This document shows, piece by piece, positions 37,607-47,724 of a stretch of DNA of 64,000 nucleotides; the first letter of the stretch is position 1; every line of letters starts with the position of its first letter. The notes beneath the pieces were generated by a model, which searched no databases, was not told the origin of the DNA, and saw only the letters and a program-made list of their open reading frames with translations. The stretch covers positions 189,489 through 253,488 of the IMG/VR virus record IMGVR_UViG_3300028914_000001, one strand, 5' to 3'. The DNA is from a virus. Lineage: Duplodnaviria > Heunggongvirae > Uroviricota > Caudoviricetes. The position numbers and the translations under genes were made by a program.

Positions 37607-39838
37607 ATGCATGATATTACCTTCAAAAAGCTGGTTTTCAGGAACTTCATGTCCTACGGCGACATTGATAACGTCGTGGAGTTCAACCCTGGCTTGAGTT
37701 ATCTTAGCGCCCCGAACGGTTATGGAAAATCCACAATCGTCGAGGCTCTTACCTATGCCCTTTATGGCAAGTCTTACCGTGGTGGAAACCAAGGTGACTT
37801 GAAGAATACCGAAAACAAGAATGCCGACATGGTGGTGACGCTTGATTTCGATGTCGATACGGGTACTGGAAAGCAGGAATACCATATCGAACGTCGCATG
37901 AAGGCTAAGTCTCTCAAGACTAGCTTTACCATCTGGATTGATGGCCAGGAACAGCTGAAAAGAGCTGGAATGACCCAGCAGGACTTTGAAAACCGTGTTC
38001 TCGGTCCTTCTCTCCTGCTGTACCAGTCCACTGTCGCCATGAACAGTCAGGAAACCATCCCGTTGCTCGAAATGCCTGCTGACAAGATGCGTAAGCTCAT
38101 CGAGAATACCATCTCGCTCTCGACGGAGAAATGGAAGAATGCCAATAACAAGGTGTTGAGCGACTCCAACATGCAGTTCGATGTCTCGAAAAACTCGGTC
38201 GATAGAATCACGGCGGATATCAATTACACGAGCAGCATGATTCAGACATTGAAGGCCAAGAAGCACGAACAGATTGACGACTTGAAGCGTCAGCTTGCTG
38301 AGCTTGAAGCGAAGACTCCTGAACTTGTCGCAAACGCCAATGCGGCCAAGGCTGCAGATGACGAATGCGCCCGTCGTGTGACCGAGTACAACAATGCCCA
38401 GTCTGAGTTGAGAATGGTCATGACGAAGGTCAACGATATGTCCGCCTGCCTCAACCTCTTTTCTGAAATCGACAAGGAAAAGAAGAATATCGAGGATTTG
38501 AGCGGACAAGTCGCTGCCGCTCGTGCTCAGGCCGATGGTTTCAAAATCGGCGAAACACAGGCCAAGCTCAATGAAATTACGACAAAGAAGAACGGGCTGA
38601 ACAACCAGATTACCGCACTCAAGTCGACCATTGCTTCCAACGAAAGACAAATCATGTCTTATCAGGCGAAGATGAAGGAAGTCACTGACAAGGCTACCTC
38701 AGTCAAGGCTGGTGTGCCTTGCCCGACATGTGGTAAACCGTCCACTGAGGCTGATGTCGAACATGTCAAGGATGCCTATCGCAACCAATGGCGTAGCCTC
38801 CATGCCGAACAGATTGCTATCATCAACGAGAAAGAATCCAAGAAGAAGGAATTGGATGAGTTGTCTGCACAGGCAGCCGACCCGACTATCGAACAGCAGA
38901 TTTCCGAGCTTAATGCCAATATTCAGGCATATAACAATTTCCAGGCAACTGTCTATGGTCCTATCAACGGTCAGTTGACTGCCGCTACGAGCAGATATGC
39001 CACCCTTACGACAAAGGCTTATGTCTACGGTCAAGATATCCAGAAGATTCATGGCGACATCGACACACTTGTCAAGAGACAGGAAGAATTGACTAACTGG
39101 ATTAACTCGAACAGTTCCGTGATGGAAGCTTCGTCGCAGGCAAAGAACGCCTATTATCAGGCCAATTCTGCCTTGACATCGAACAATAACAGCATCGCAT
39201 CGTTGAAGGCTTCCATCCAGAAGGAAGAATCCAGCAACGACGACAAGGCATTGAAGAATTCTGAAACCCACCTTGCAGAACTACAGAAGGAGCTGGAAAC
39301 CACGATGGCATCAATCAAGGATTTCTCCGACAAGATTGCCATGTGCAAGTACATTTCCTATATGTGTTCGGACGATGGACTCAAATCCTATGTCATCAAG
39401 ATGTTCGTTCCGTTCTTCAACCAGGCAATCGAAAGCAACCTTCGTCGGTTCAACCTTCCGTACACCATTACGTTCGACAAGAGCATGGATTACAAGTTCG
39501 AGTCAATCTTCGGTGCGGCTCCTTGCTACGACATGTTGTCCCAGGGTCAGAAGCGCAAGGTTAACTTCGCTATCGCCATGGCGTTCTGTGACTTTGTGTT
39601 CCGTGTTGCCAACTTCAAGATTAACGTCCTGTTCCTTGACGAAATCCTTGACGTTTCCACGGACGATGTCGCCCTCAGGGAAATGGTGATGCTGGTACGA
39701 ACCAGGGCCAAACAGACCCCGACGATTTTTGCCGTCACACACCGAGAAGCCATTATCAGGGACCTCTTCGACTATAAGATGAACATAGACAACAACGGTT
39801 TATTCTCTACAATCGGAAGTTGCACTAAGTTAAAATAA
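37607..39838 (+). CDS. gp46: SMC/Rad50-like recombination ATPase, T4 gp46-like
   Basis: FRNFMSYG, NGYGKST, zinc hook CPTCG, LSQGQK, LFLDEILD, VTH. Confidence 0.92.
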   Translation: MHDITFKKLVFRNFMSYGDIDNVVEFNPGLSYLSAPNGYGKSTIVEALTYALYGKSYRGGNQGDLKNTENKNADMVVTLDFDVDTGTGKQEYHIERRMKAKSLKTSFTIWIDGQEQLKRAGMTQQDFENRVLGPSLLLYQSTVAMNSQETIPLLEMPADKMRKLIENTISLSTEKWKNANNKVLSDSNMQFDVSKNSVDRITADINYTSSMIQTLKAKKHEQIDDLKRQLAELEAKTPELVANANAAKAADDECARRVTEYNNAQSELRMVMTKVNDMSACLNLFSEIDKEKKNIEDLSGQVAAARAQADGFKIGETQAKLNEITTKKNGLNNQITALKSTIASNERQIMSYQAKMKEVTDKATSVKAGVPCPTCGKPSTEADVEHVKDAYRNQWRSLHAEQIAIINEKESKKKELDELSAQAADPTIEQQISELNANIQAYNNFQATVYGPINGQLTAATSRYATLTTKAYVYGQDIQKIHGDIDTLVKRQEELTNWINSNSSVMEASSQAKNAYYQANSALTSNNNSIASLKASIQKEESSNDDKALKNSETHLAELQKELETTMASIKDFSDKIAMCKYISYMCSDDGLKSYVIKMFVPFFNQAIESNLRRFNLPYTITFDKSMDYKFESIFGAAPCYDMLSQGQKRKVNFAIAMAFCDFVFRVANFKINVLFLDEILDVSTDDVALREMVMLVRTRAKQTPTIFAVTHREAIIRDLFDYKMNIDNNGLFSTIGSCTKLK

Positions 39839-39878
39839 ATGTATTTTAAATACGTAGAAACATCAGACAGGTACTCAC

Positions 39879-40433
39879 ATGAAAAGACTAATGAGTCATC
39901 AAGCGATTTTTGACATGAACCAAGCGTTCAAGAGGGCTATTAAAGAAAAACTCTTCACTGGACGTATTAGCAGTACGTTCAGATATGCGATGCACAAGAA
40001 CATGGACGCTACCGACAAGGAAGTATCCAATATGCTTGAGGCATTCAGGCCGGACGATGAATATTCAAAGTATATTGCTGAACTTAGCACTATTGCCAAG
40101 AAGTTCGGGCTTCCTCCGCTCACGAACATGAAGGAATTTGAGGCAGCGGTCGAAGCTTTGCCGCTAGAAAAGAATGCCGAATTTACAAAGTTGGAGACGG
40201 ACCTTTCCGACCGATACAGGGATGCCATTGAACGCCAGAAGGATAACGATGCTGAACTCGGCGTATTCTTGAAGGAAAAGGTTGAGATTGACCTTGCTAT
40301 GGTTCCAGCAGAACAGTGCCCAGACATCGTTGGCGACTCTGCAATCTACATCTATGATTCCCTGTTCCCAATGTTCATCCCGGCTAAGGAAAGCGAAACC
40401 CTTTCCGAACTCGTTCCGTATGAAACAAAGTAG
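39879..40433 (+). CDS. hypothetical protein
   Basis: 184-aa ORF. Confidence 0.7.
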   Translation: MKRLMSHQAIFDMNQAFKRAIKEKLFTGRISSTFRYAMHKNMDATDKEVSNMLEAFRPDDEYSKYIAELSTIAKKFGLPPLTNMKEFEAAVEALPLEKNAEFTKLETDLSDRYRDAIERQKDNDAELGVFLKEKVEIDLAMVPAEQCPDIVGDSAIYIYDSLFPMFIPAKESETLSELVPYETK

Positions 40434-40441
40434 GTTATGCT

Positions 40442-40954
40442 ATGAAAATCAAGGAATTCCTAGATAACCTAGCCAAGGAGTTGCAGTCGAAATCTGGAAT
40501 CGCAGTAGAGATTGTCGATGACCGCAATTTCCCTGGTGGATTCTATATGAACTTTACCGAGTTCAGTACGGCTGTCCTTAGGGTAAACCAATACGGCAAG
40601 TTTAGCATGCGTGGGGTTGACCCTCAGGAAGAAAAGTTCGCCTACCCGTGGAAATATAAGTTCTTGATTTTGACCGACAAGGCTATCGCCGAGTTGTCAA
40701 AGACGTTCCCGCAGGTTGCGTTCGATTCTTCGAAGGAAACAGAAAAGGCAATGTTCCCTATCTTCTGCTACCTCAACGTACTGCATCAGTTCTACAGAAA
40801 GAAGCTTGGAAACAAGAAAAGTTGGTATCCGAAATTCAAGGATATCGAAAGCAGGAAGTTTGAAAAGATTAGGCACACTTTGGCCAATCTTCCTAGCAGA
40901 GAAGCATTAAAGCTAATCCCGAAGGAAGAACAGGACAAGTTTATCGAAGCCTAG
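40442..40954 (+). CDS. hypothetical protein
   Basis: 170-aa ORF. Confidence 0.7.
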   Translation: MKIKEFLDNLAKELQSKSGIAVEIVDDRNFPGGFYMNFTEFSTAVLRVNQYGKFSMRGVDPQEEKFAYPWKYKFLILTDKAIAELSKTFPQVAFDSSKETEKAMFPIFCYLNVLHQFYRKKLGNKKSWYPKFKDIESRKFEKIRHTLANLPSREALKLIPKEEQDKFIEA

Positions 40955-40971
40955 TGTCTTTTCCCTGATGG

Positions 40972-41001
40972 GCCCGCCATAACGATGTGGCGGGCTTTTT
41001 T
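40972..41001. terminator. terminator between convergent genes
   Basis: GCCCGCCAT...GTGGCGGGC followed by T6. Confidence 0.75.
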
Positions 41002-41596
41002 ATGCAAACCAGAGATTTATGGATGATATGTCCGTCGAGATGTCATTGAACATTTCGTGGATTTCATCGAGGGTGTATTTCTTGGATAGTTCGTACTTGT
41101 CGTCGAGGGTGCTCGGGTCCACATCCCTATATTCGCATAGATATCCATTCATGTTTTGGTCCGTCTTTTCATCCCATATTACGTACGAAAGCAACCCTTT
41201 GAAATTAGCCCTGACATCTATGCAGAAGTCGAAGTCCGATGATGTACAGTAAAGATAGGCTCTCGGGAAATTATCATCGCTGGGATTGTATTCTTTGGAC
41301 TGTCTTATCTCAAACCCACTTCCACACCATTCATCGTCCAGAAACTCTGCGAGTTGTTGAAGAATTTTTGAGTGTCCGCCATTGCTAGCGAACAGGGCTT
41401 CCGCCTTTTTTAGGGCTTCCTCGTCTACCGTGCTCTCTTCGCCATCTTCTAGCCCATCTTGCTCGTAAGCATCGTATTCTTTTTCGAGCTGTTCACCGCC
41501 CTCCGATTCGAGGCATATTTTTCGCAGCTGAATGATGGTTTCCTTTGCCGTCGGAGTGAGGTTTAACTTGCTGATTTCTGATTCGAATAGGTTCAT
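41000..41596 (-). CDS. acidic leader-tagged protein (putative internal head protein)
   Basis: Start MNLFESEI lies downstream of the late motif; F-x25-E leader. Confidence 0.75.
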   Translation of the reverse strand: MNLFESEISKLNLTPTAKETIIQLRKICLESEGGEQLEKEYDAYEQDGLEDGEESTVDEEALKKAEALFASNGGHSKILQQLAEFLDDEWCGSGFEIRQSKEYNPSDDNFPRAYLYCTSSDFDFCIDVRANFKGLLSYVIWDEKTDQNMNGYLCEYRDVDPSTLDDKYELSKKYTLDEIHEMFNDISTDISSINLWFA

Positions 41597-41620
41597 ATTA
41601 GTGCCCAAGTAGTATATCCA

Positions 41621-41629
41621 TAGTTTATA
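41621..41629 (-). promoter_or_regulatory. putative late promoter TATAAACTA
   Basis: Recurrent motif. Confidence 0.7.
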
Positions 41630-41722
41630 AAGTAGATTTGTTTTGCTTAGGGCAGGGTTCTGCATCTATGCCACTTTAATTAAAATGTATTTTAATTATG
41701 AGATTCAATCCATGAGTAGAAT

Positions 41723-42388
41723 ATGGAAAACGCAGTACCGACCAATGAGGAAGTAACGCTTGACTTTGAAATCCCAGAAAGCGGTTACTCCTGGACCCCT
41801 AAACAGTTGAAGGCGTTCGACGCTCAGATGAGGAGCGGGAAGATTGACAAGGATATTTTGACTAAGTTGCTTATCGAGTTGAAAGATGTCCGCAAGAAAT
41901 ATGGAAAGGAATATCCCGTTTCGGAGCCGCTTGGATATGTGTTTAATGTTGTTATCGACAAGAACCTTGGCAACCAGAAGTGGCGTGGCTACACCCCCGA
42001 CTGGAAGCAGGAAATGCGTGACCGTGCTGTTGAACTTCTTATCAAGCACAGTCACAACTTCGACCCGGTCAAGATGCAGACTACGAAGAATGTAGACCCG
42101 TATTATTACCTTGCCAAAATCACATTCTGTGCATTCATTCAGGCTCATAACAAGCTTGCTGCCCGAAGCAAGAAAATCAAGTTTGTCGCCCTGAATGAAG
42201 GCGCCATGAATAACTACTCGTCCATCGATGAATTTGCCATTGATGCCAACAAGAAGATTGACGAGGAAGAAAAACTGGAAAAGGAAAATGCAGCCAATGG
42301 TGTAACCACTGACGATATCGACATCTCGACAATGCAGACTGATGACCTGGTGAAGCAACTGAATGACGATGATTATACGAATGGGTAA
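41723..42388 (+). CDS. gp55: late-transcription sigma factor, T4 gp55-like
   Basis: GYTPDWKQEM...HNFDP.K...PYYYLAKITFCAFIQ. Confidence 0.8.
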   Translation: MENAVPTNEEVTLDFEIPESGYSWTPKQLKAFDAQMRSGKIDKDILTKLLIELKDVRKKYGKEYPVSEPLGYVFNVVIDKNLGNQKWRGYTPDWKQEMRDRAVELLIKHSHNFDPVKMQTTKNVDPYYYLAKITFCAFIQAHNKLAARSKKIKFVALNEGAMNNYSSIDEFAIDANKKIDEEEKLEKENAANGVTTDDIDISTMQTDDLVKQLNDDDYTNG

Positions 42389-42391
42389 AAT

Positions 42392-43480
42392 ATGAGACAT
42401 GAACTTTCAGTTGTCTTGGTCGTCAGGAATGGCGAATCAAAAATTCAGGAATGCTTGCAGCGTCTCGTAGGCCTTGCTGACGAGTTTGTTATCGTCGATA
42501 CTGGTTCTACGGACAAGACGCTTGATTTGGCAAGGAAGTTTCAGACTATGGTTCGCCAGCCTGTCATTATTGATGCAGTAGGCACACTCTTTCTTGATGA
42601 TGAAGGAAACTTCGACTTCGGCAAGGCTAAGAACTACGGGTTTTCGCTGGCGACCAAGGAATATGTGATGTGGGTCGACGTGAACGACATGCTTGATAAT
42701 GCCCGAGAAGTCCGTGCCAAGTTCGACAAGGCTAGTACGATGTACTCTACGTCAGACATTGTTATGTACACTAGGATAACCCGTTCGATGAAATTTCCTA
42801 GGGTCAGGATTGTGCGTAGGGAAACATCGAGGTTCATCAACCCGATTCATGAATACGTTATAGACACGGCGGAACCGAGGAAGGTGATTACCTTTAAGAA
42901 CGAGTTCATTAACTTCAAGAAACAGCGTGATGTCTCTCGAAACTTGAAGGCGTTGATTAAGCTGTGGAAGAAGGGTCATTCCCTCCGTACGGCATATTAC
43001 ATTGCAACCAGTTACAAGGACACGAAGAATCCCGAAATGGCTCGTCTGTGGTATGAAATCTGTCTAAATGAATTTCCTTACTGGGAATTTGACGAAACGA
43101 TTGCTGCTGCCGACTATGTAGTTGCTGATGCGTTGACGAAGGGCGAATTCGCTTTGGCCGATGAACTGACGATGGAAATGATAGAAAATATCCCGGAGCG
43201 TGCCGAAGGGTTCTACTACCGCTATATCTATAATGTCAAACTGAATAAGCTCGAACATGCCTTGAAATGCCTTGTCAAGCTCCGTGAGATTCCTCCTCCG
43301 GCAAGATGCCGCATTGGAATCAATACGAAGGCGTACAATGCAAAGGACAGGGAAACCCGTATCGAGGAAATCTGGCGTCAGGTCAAGTACAATCATCAGA
43401 CGATGAATACCGATGCACGAGTCTACGACAGTGTCCAACAGGCCATTGATGCGACTCAGTTCATGACAACGGTCTATTAG
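42392..43480 (+). CDS. GT2 glycosyltransferase with TPR-like C-terminus
   Basis: VRNGE..I..CL, VDTGSTDKT, DFGKAKN, WVDVND, IHE. Confidence 0.85.
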   Translation: MRHELSVVLVVRNGESKIQECLQRLVGLADEFVIVDTGSTDKTLDLARKFQTMVRQPVIIDAVGTLFLDDEGNFDFGKAKNYGFSLATKEYVMWVDVNDMLDNAREVRAKFDKASTMYSTSDIVMYTRITRSMKFPRVRIVRRETSRFINPIHEYVIDTAEPRKVITFKNEFINFKKQRDVSRNLKALIKLWKKGHSLRTAYYIATSYKDTKNPEMARLWYEICLNEFPYWEFDETIAAADYVVADALTKGEFALADELTMEMIENIPERAEGFYYRYIYNVKLNKLEHALKCLVKLREIPPPARCRIGINTKAYNAKDRETRIEEIWRQVKYNHQTMNTDARVYDSVQQAIDATQFMTTVY

Positions 43481-43491
43481 TAAGATAGCAT

Positions 43492-43520
43492 TTGACATTT
43501 GCCGTCTTATTATGTATATT
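43492..43520 (+). promoter_or_regulatory. sigma70-type promoter for the dda operon
   Basis: TTGACA-N17-TATATT. Confidence 0.75.
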
Positions 43521-43527
43521 TATCGGC

Positions 43528-44925
43528 ATGAGTCACACGAATCTAATTACAAAGAAACAGCTTAGCCCTGACCAGCGTAAGGGGTTGGCTGAAATGCTTG
43601 CATTCATGCACGACGATTCCCAGAGGGAAATGGTCCTTGCTGGTGCCGCTGGAACTGGCAAGACCTCCCTTCTTAATGTGTTTTTGAAGGAAGTCGTAAA
43701 AGATTTTAAATCGGACAAGAAGTTTAAGGTATACTGCACTGCTTATACTAATGAAGCCGTGCGTGTCCTTTCGCAGAGAAGTGGCAAGAATTACGACAAG
43801 ACTATCAGTGGGCTTCTCGGACTTAAACTTGAACAGAATGAAGACCGTGGCAAAGTTCTCGTAAGGGAAGGTAAATGTCATGCCTCCAAATATCGCCTCA
43901 TTGTTATCGACGAAGCGTCGATGATTAACGACGAATGTTACGAGATGATTCAGAGTATTCTTCGTGAGTTTCCTTTGATGAAGATACTCTATGTCGGTGA
44001 TGAAGCTCAGTTACCTCCTGTTAATTTGCAATCGTCGGTAGTATTTTTCCGGGTTCAACATATTTTCCGCTTGACTCAGGTTATGCGAGTTTCCGCAGAC
44101 AACCCTATCATCGGGCTTGTGACTCCTATCCGTGACCCGAGGAATATGCTTCGTGCGACAGATTGTTTTGAACATGTGGATAGAGTGAATGAACGTGGGG
44201 AAGGGGTTCGCTTCTACACGATGAAGAAGCCGTTCTTTGAAAACCTGTTTGCCGATTTCATGTCGGAAGAATACAAGGAAAATAAAAATTTCTGCCGCCT
44301 TCTGGCGTACACGAACAATGCAGTCGACAAGTCTAACTGCTTCATCCGGCGCCATATATTTGGTCCCGAGGTTGCAGAGTATACTGCGGGCGACGACTTG
44401 ATTGTAACGGAAGGATACAGCGTTCCCGTGGTCGGTGAGAAAAAAATGCAGGTTTATGCCAACGGTGAACGTTTGATGGTGCTTGAAGCTGACAAGTATG
44501 TTGAAGAGGGCACGAACATTGTCTGTTGGAGCCTGCTTGTGGATAACTATATGGCCCCGCCGAACAAGAGAGAGAAACGCCATATCAAAGTATTGTCATC
44601 GGAAGGTTATCCGACTTACATTGCGATTAAAAGAAATCTCATCGGAAAGGCAAGGACGCTGTGTGCCGAAGTGAACCCAATGACGGGCCTCCCTGTCCAT
44701 AACAGGCATGAGGTCTGGCAGGAGTTCTATGACTTCATCGAATCGTTCTGCTACGTCAATTACAGCTATGCAATGACCATCCACAAGGCTCAGGGTTCCA
44801 CAATCGACAATGTTTATGTTGTCGAAAAGGATATCAATATCTGCGACTGGGATGTTGTCCAGCGTAACAAGCTTAAATACACCGCTTTTACCCGTGCATC
44901 GAAGAATCTCCATATATTCAATTAG
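43528..44925 (+). CDS. dda: SF1B helicase, Dda/RecD-like
   Basis: GAAGTGKT, IDEASM, GDEAQLPPV, YAMTIHKAQGST, YTAFTRA. Confidence 0.9.
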   Translation: MSHTNLITKKQLSPDQRKGLAEMLAFMHDDSQREMVLAGAAGTGKTSLLNVFLKEVVKDFKSDKKFKVYCTAYTNEAVRVLSQRSGKNYDKTISGLLGLKLEQNEDRGKVLVREGKCHASKYRLIVIDEASMINDECYEMIQSILREFPLMKILYVGDEAQLPPVNLQSSVVFFRVQHIFRLTQVMRVSADNPIIGLVTPIRDPRNMLRATDCFEHVDRVNERGEGVRFYTMKKPFFENLFADFMSEEYKENKNFCRLLAYTNNAVDKSNCFIRRHIFGPEVAEYTAGDDLIVTEGYSVPVVGEKKMQVYANGERLMVLEADKYVEEGTNIVCWSLLVDNYMAPPNKREKRHIKVLSSEGYPTYIAIKRNLIGKARTLCAEVNPMTGLPVHNRHEVWQEFYDFIESFCYVNYSYAMTIHKAQGSTIDNVYVVEKDINICDWDVVQRNKLKYTAFTRASKNLHIFN

Positions 44926-44967
44926 TCGAAAAATGTAGTTTAATTACAAGATTACACGACTATTTAT

Positions 44968-45882
44968 ATGGATATTACACTTTTGCTGACGATTGATGCA
45001 AATGGCACGATAGGAAACGGGACATCGATTCCTTGGAATTGTGATGCTATTCACAAGGACATGGAGAAGCTTATAAAGGGAAACACTATTATCATGGGGC
45101 GCAACGCTTACAATGAATTGGCCTGCTTTAGGAAAACCCGAGTGGCTTCCCGTATCCTTTTTTCAAAAAGCTTGACCACTCGGTTGAAGAATACTTCATA
45201 TACGACCAATGTGTTCACCGCATTGACTTTGGCGAAGCGTATTGACAAGCCTGTTTACATCCTTGGCGGAAATCAGACGGCAATGTCTTTCCTGAGCGAA
45301 GGCGTTGTTACTCACATGATACTGTATGTTGTGCCTGAAAAGCATGATGGAATCAAGTTCATTTCCGTAGGTCCCAAGAGTTTTTCTATGACAAAGATTG
45401 AGGAGAAGGATGGCTATGTCGTGAAGCATTTTACGGCTATCCCGAACAGCCAGCTTCCTATCAATACGATTTCTGACATGAAGATTCCTCCTGTAAAGAA
45501 ACCTGAAAAAGTATTGACCCCGAAAGAAGAATCCGCAGTTGACGATATGCTCGCCTCCGTGTTTTCTGGTGGTGGTTACAGCATGGATGAGTTCAACGAC
45601 ATGGATGACGATGTCAACAAGGCGGTGTACAAACTGGCCGACAATGTCGAGGGCCTGTATGATATCATAGGGACTTATGCCAACAATCAGAAGGATATAC
45701 TTGATAAGGTGAATGCTCTGATAAGGCAGGACCAGCAGATAATCGGCTCACAAATCTCTATGCAGGAAAGGGTTCGTTCGATTGAAACTCTTACCACGGA
45801 GAAAAAGTTCCCTATTGAATATGTGGCGATTGCTCTGTCTGTTATTGGAATTGTTCTTGGAATCATTGGGATAGTAGTATGA
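44968..45882 (+). CDS. degenerate DHFR-like domain with C-terminal coiled coil and TM anchor
   Basis: IG...IPWN, IIMGR, YILGG; C-terminal VAIALSVIGIVLGIIGIVV. Confidence 0.7.
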   Translation: MDITLLLTIDANGTIGNGTSIPWNCDAIHKDMEKLIKGNTIIMGRNAYNELACFRKTRVASRILFSKSLTTRLKNTSYTTNVFTALTLAKRIDKPVYILGGNQTAMSFLSEGVVTHMILYVVPEKHDGIKFISVGPKSFSMTKIEEKDGYVVKHFTAIPNSQLPINTISDMKIPPVKKPEKVLTPKEESAVDDMLASVFSGGGYSMDEFNDMDDDVNKAVYKLADNVEGLYDIIGTYANNQKDILDKVNALIRQDQQIIGSQISMQERVRSIETLTTEKKFPIEYVAIALSVIGIVLGIIGIVV

Positions 45883-46721
45883 TAGGCTTAATCATTATAA
45901 GTAAAAATCAGGTCCCCTATATGGACCAGATATTGACTAAGGTGGATGAAATGAGCGTGAAGCCTGACCGTCTCTACTATATGCTCGACCGTGAATCCGA
46001 TACAGTAACTAAGCAGGCAATCGGGATAATGTCCAAGCATGATTGCAAGTCATTTTCCAAGTTGCTGTTCAACGTCAATGTTCCCGAAAATGTCTACCGC
46101 CCGATGATGACCCCAGGTGTGGATTACTTCCTCGCAGGCTACTGCCGCAACATCTGTATCAGGGAGGCACTCGCCGACGGTTGCGACAAGCTGGTGTTCA
46201 TCGACGGTGACTGTCTCCCGGAAGGGGATATCATCAAGGGATATGACGAATACTTGACCAATGATAAGCCAGTGGTTCTTTGTGGGAGGCGTGATGACTT
46301 TAGCTTTGGCTACACTGACCAGCGGGAGCACAACAAGTATAGGAACATCTTCCGTGACCCGTTTACTGTAATCGACGAGGAAGCTCCTGTCCTTGACTCC
46401 GCTGTACTCTGGTCATGCAACATCGGGATGAACAAGGCGGCAATCGAGCGTCTAATTAAAATCAATTCGACACTGTATGGGTATGACTGCGTGTTCTCCC
46501 CCATATTTAGTGGACGATGGGGTGGAGAAGACAGTTTCCTTGGTATCGAATGTTTCTATGACAAGGAAATTATCCTTGCTGGCCTCGGGGTTCCTCGAAC
46601 TGGAATTACCCATATCCATCACGGAAGGCCGAAAGAAAAGTATGGCCATGCGACGTTCATCGAACCTTTGCGGAATGCTGTTATCGCTCACAGGTATCTA
46701 TTGGAAAACTACGAGGTGTAA
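45879..46721 (+). CDS. GT-A fold glycosyltransferase (GT2-like)
   Basis: AGYCRN, VFIDGDCLP, WSCNIG, WGGED. Confidence 0.8.
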   Translation: MIGLIIISKNQVPYMDQILTKVDEMSVKPDRLYYMLDRESDTVTKQAIGIMSKHDCKSFSKLLFNVNVPENVYRPMMTPGVDYFLAGYCRNICIREALADGCDKLVFIDGDCLPEGDIIKGYDEYLTNDKPVVLCGRRDDFSFGYTDQREHNKYRNIFRDPFTVIDEEAPVLDSAVLWSCNIGMNKAAIERLIKINSTLYGYDCVFSPIFSGRWGGEDSFLGIECFYDKEIILAGLGVPRTGITHIHHGRPKEKYGHATFIEPLRNAVIAHRYLLENYEV

Positions 46722-46722
46722 A

Positions 46723-47025
46723 ATGGCTGGAATCAAACCTGAACTTAGAGAAAAGATTATTGCGTCCTTCACGGACGAACAGAAGAAAGTGTATGAAAAT
46801 CTTGTCGGCGACAAGGCTCGCCTGTGCAACGAGTTTAAACTTTGCCGCCAGTTTTACGGTGACGTGATAGATGTTATCAGCAAGAAGGAATGCGGCCAGC
46901 AGGTAAGGATATTTCTTCGTAACGTAAGCGACTACTGGCAGCGCCGCATGACCATCATGGAAAGAAGTCTTGAAGTATTGTGCGGCCCCGATTTCGTTAA
47001 AGAGGTGAAGAATGCCAAGGATTAA
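46723..47025 (+). CDS. hypothetical protein
   Basis: Start MAGIKP follows GAGG. Confidence 0.65.
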   Translation: MAGIKPELREKIIASFTDEQKKVYENLVGDKARLCNEFKLCRQFYGDVIDVISKKECGQQVRIFLRNVSDYWQRRMTIMERSLEVLCGPDFVKEVKNAKD

Positions 47026-47455
47026 AGTTGACTACCAGTTTCCTGCAGAAGTCATCGACTGTAACAATCCGACCAGGGATTCTACCACTAACGAGCTGCA
47101 CTGGTATTCCCCGGAGACGATTGACAATGTGGTCAAGAAGTTCAAAGAAGGAGAAAGGTTCATCATTCAGGAGTTAAACCCGATTGAGAGGGGAATCAAG
47201 AAAATTCCACTTTCTTCTGTATGGGAAGACCAGATAATGGGTCATTGCATTGCTGCCGAAAATGTCAACGGCAGACTCATCATGACATTTAAGTGCGAAT
47301 CAAACAAGCACGGCAAGAAGCTGATGAACATTTGTGAAAGCTACGGGGTAAAGAACTTGAAAATCTTTCCTGTCGGCTGGGGAGACCTGGAAGAACGGGA
47401 TGGAAAGAAATTTGTCACGAAATTCAAACTAATATACGTTGCATTCGAGGGATAA
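47012..47455 (+). CDS. prohead protease gp21-like protein lacking catalytic residues
   Basis: YSPETIDNVV...QELNP...HGKKL...FPVGWGDL parallels gp21 YP..ILEKAV...GELNHP...G.KL...SSRGLGSL. Confidence 0.5.
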   Translation: MPRIKVDYQFPAEVIDCNNPTRDSTTNELHWYSPETIDNVVKKFKEGERFIIQELNPIERGIKKIPLSSVWEDQIMGHCIAAENVNGRLIMTFKCESNKHGKKLMNICESYGVKNLKIFPVGWGDLEERDGKKFVTKFKLIYVAFEG

Positions 47456-47457
47456 CC

Positions 47458-47694
47458 ATGATTATCGCTAAATACAAGAGAAACAACATTTCCGAATATC
47501 AGAACATCTTCGAAAAAATCGGAATCTTCATTGCCAACCAGATTCTTCGCCTCATGGCTGACTTCAAGCTATACAGCATCGAGGCGAACACGTTCAATGT
47601 ACGTGTTATCGTATGGGTAATCATCTTCATGGTTCCCATAATGCTGATGCTTGGAATCGCCATGATAGCCTGTCTCAAATTTATCTTTTTCTAA
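47458..47694 (+). CDS. small membrane protein
   Basis: C-terminal hydrophobic helix. Confidence 0.6.
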   Translation: MIIAKYKRNNISEYQNIFEKIGIFIANQILRLMADFKLYSIEANTFNVRVIVWVIIFMVPIMLMLGIAMIACLKFIFF

Positions 47695-47724
47695 ATCGAG
47701 TATACCAATTTCAAAGGAGAAAAC

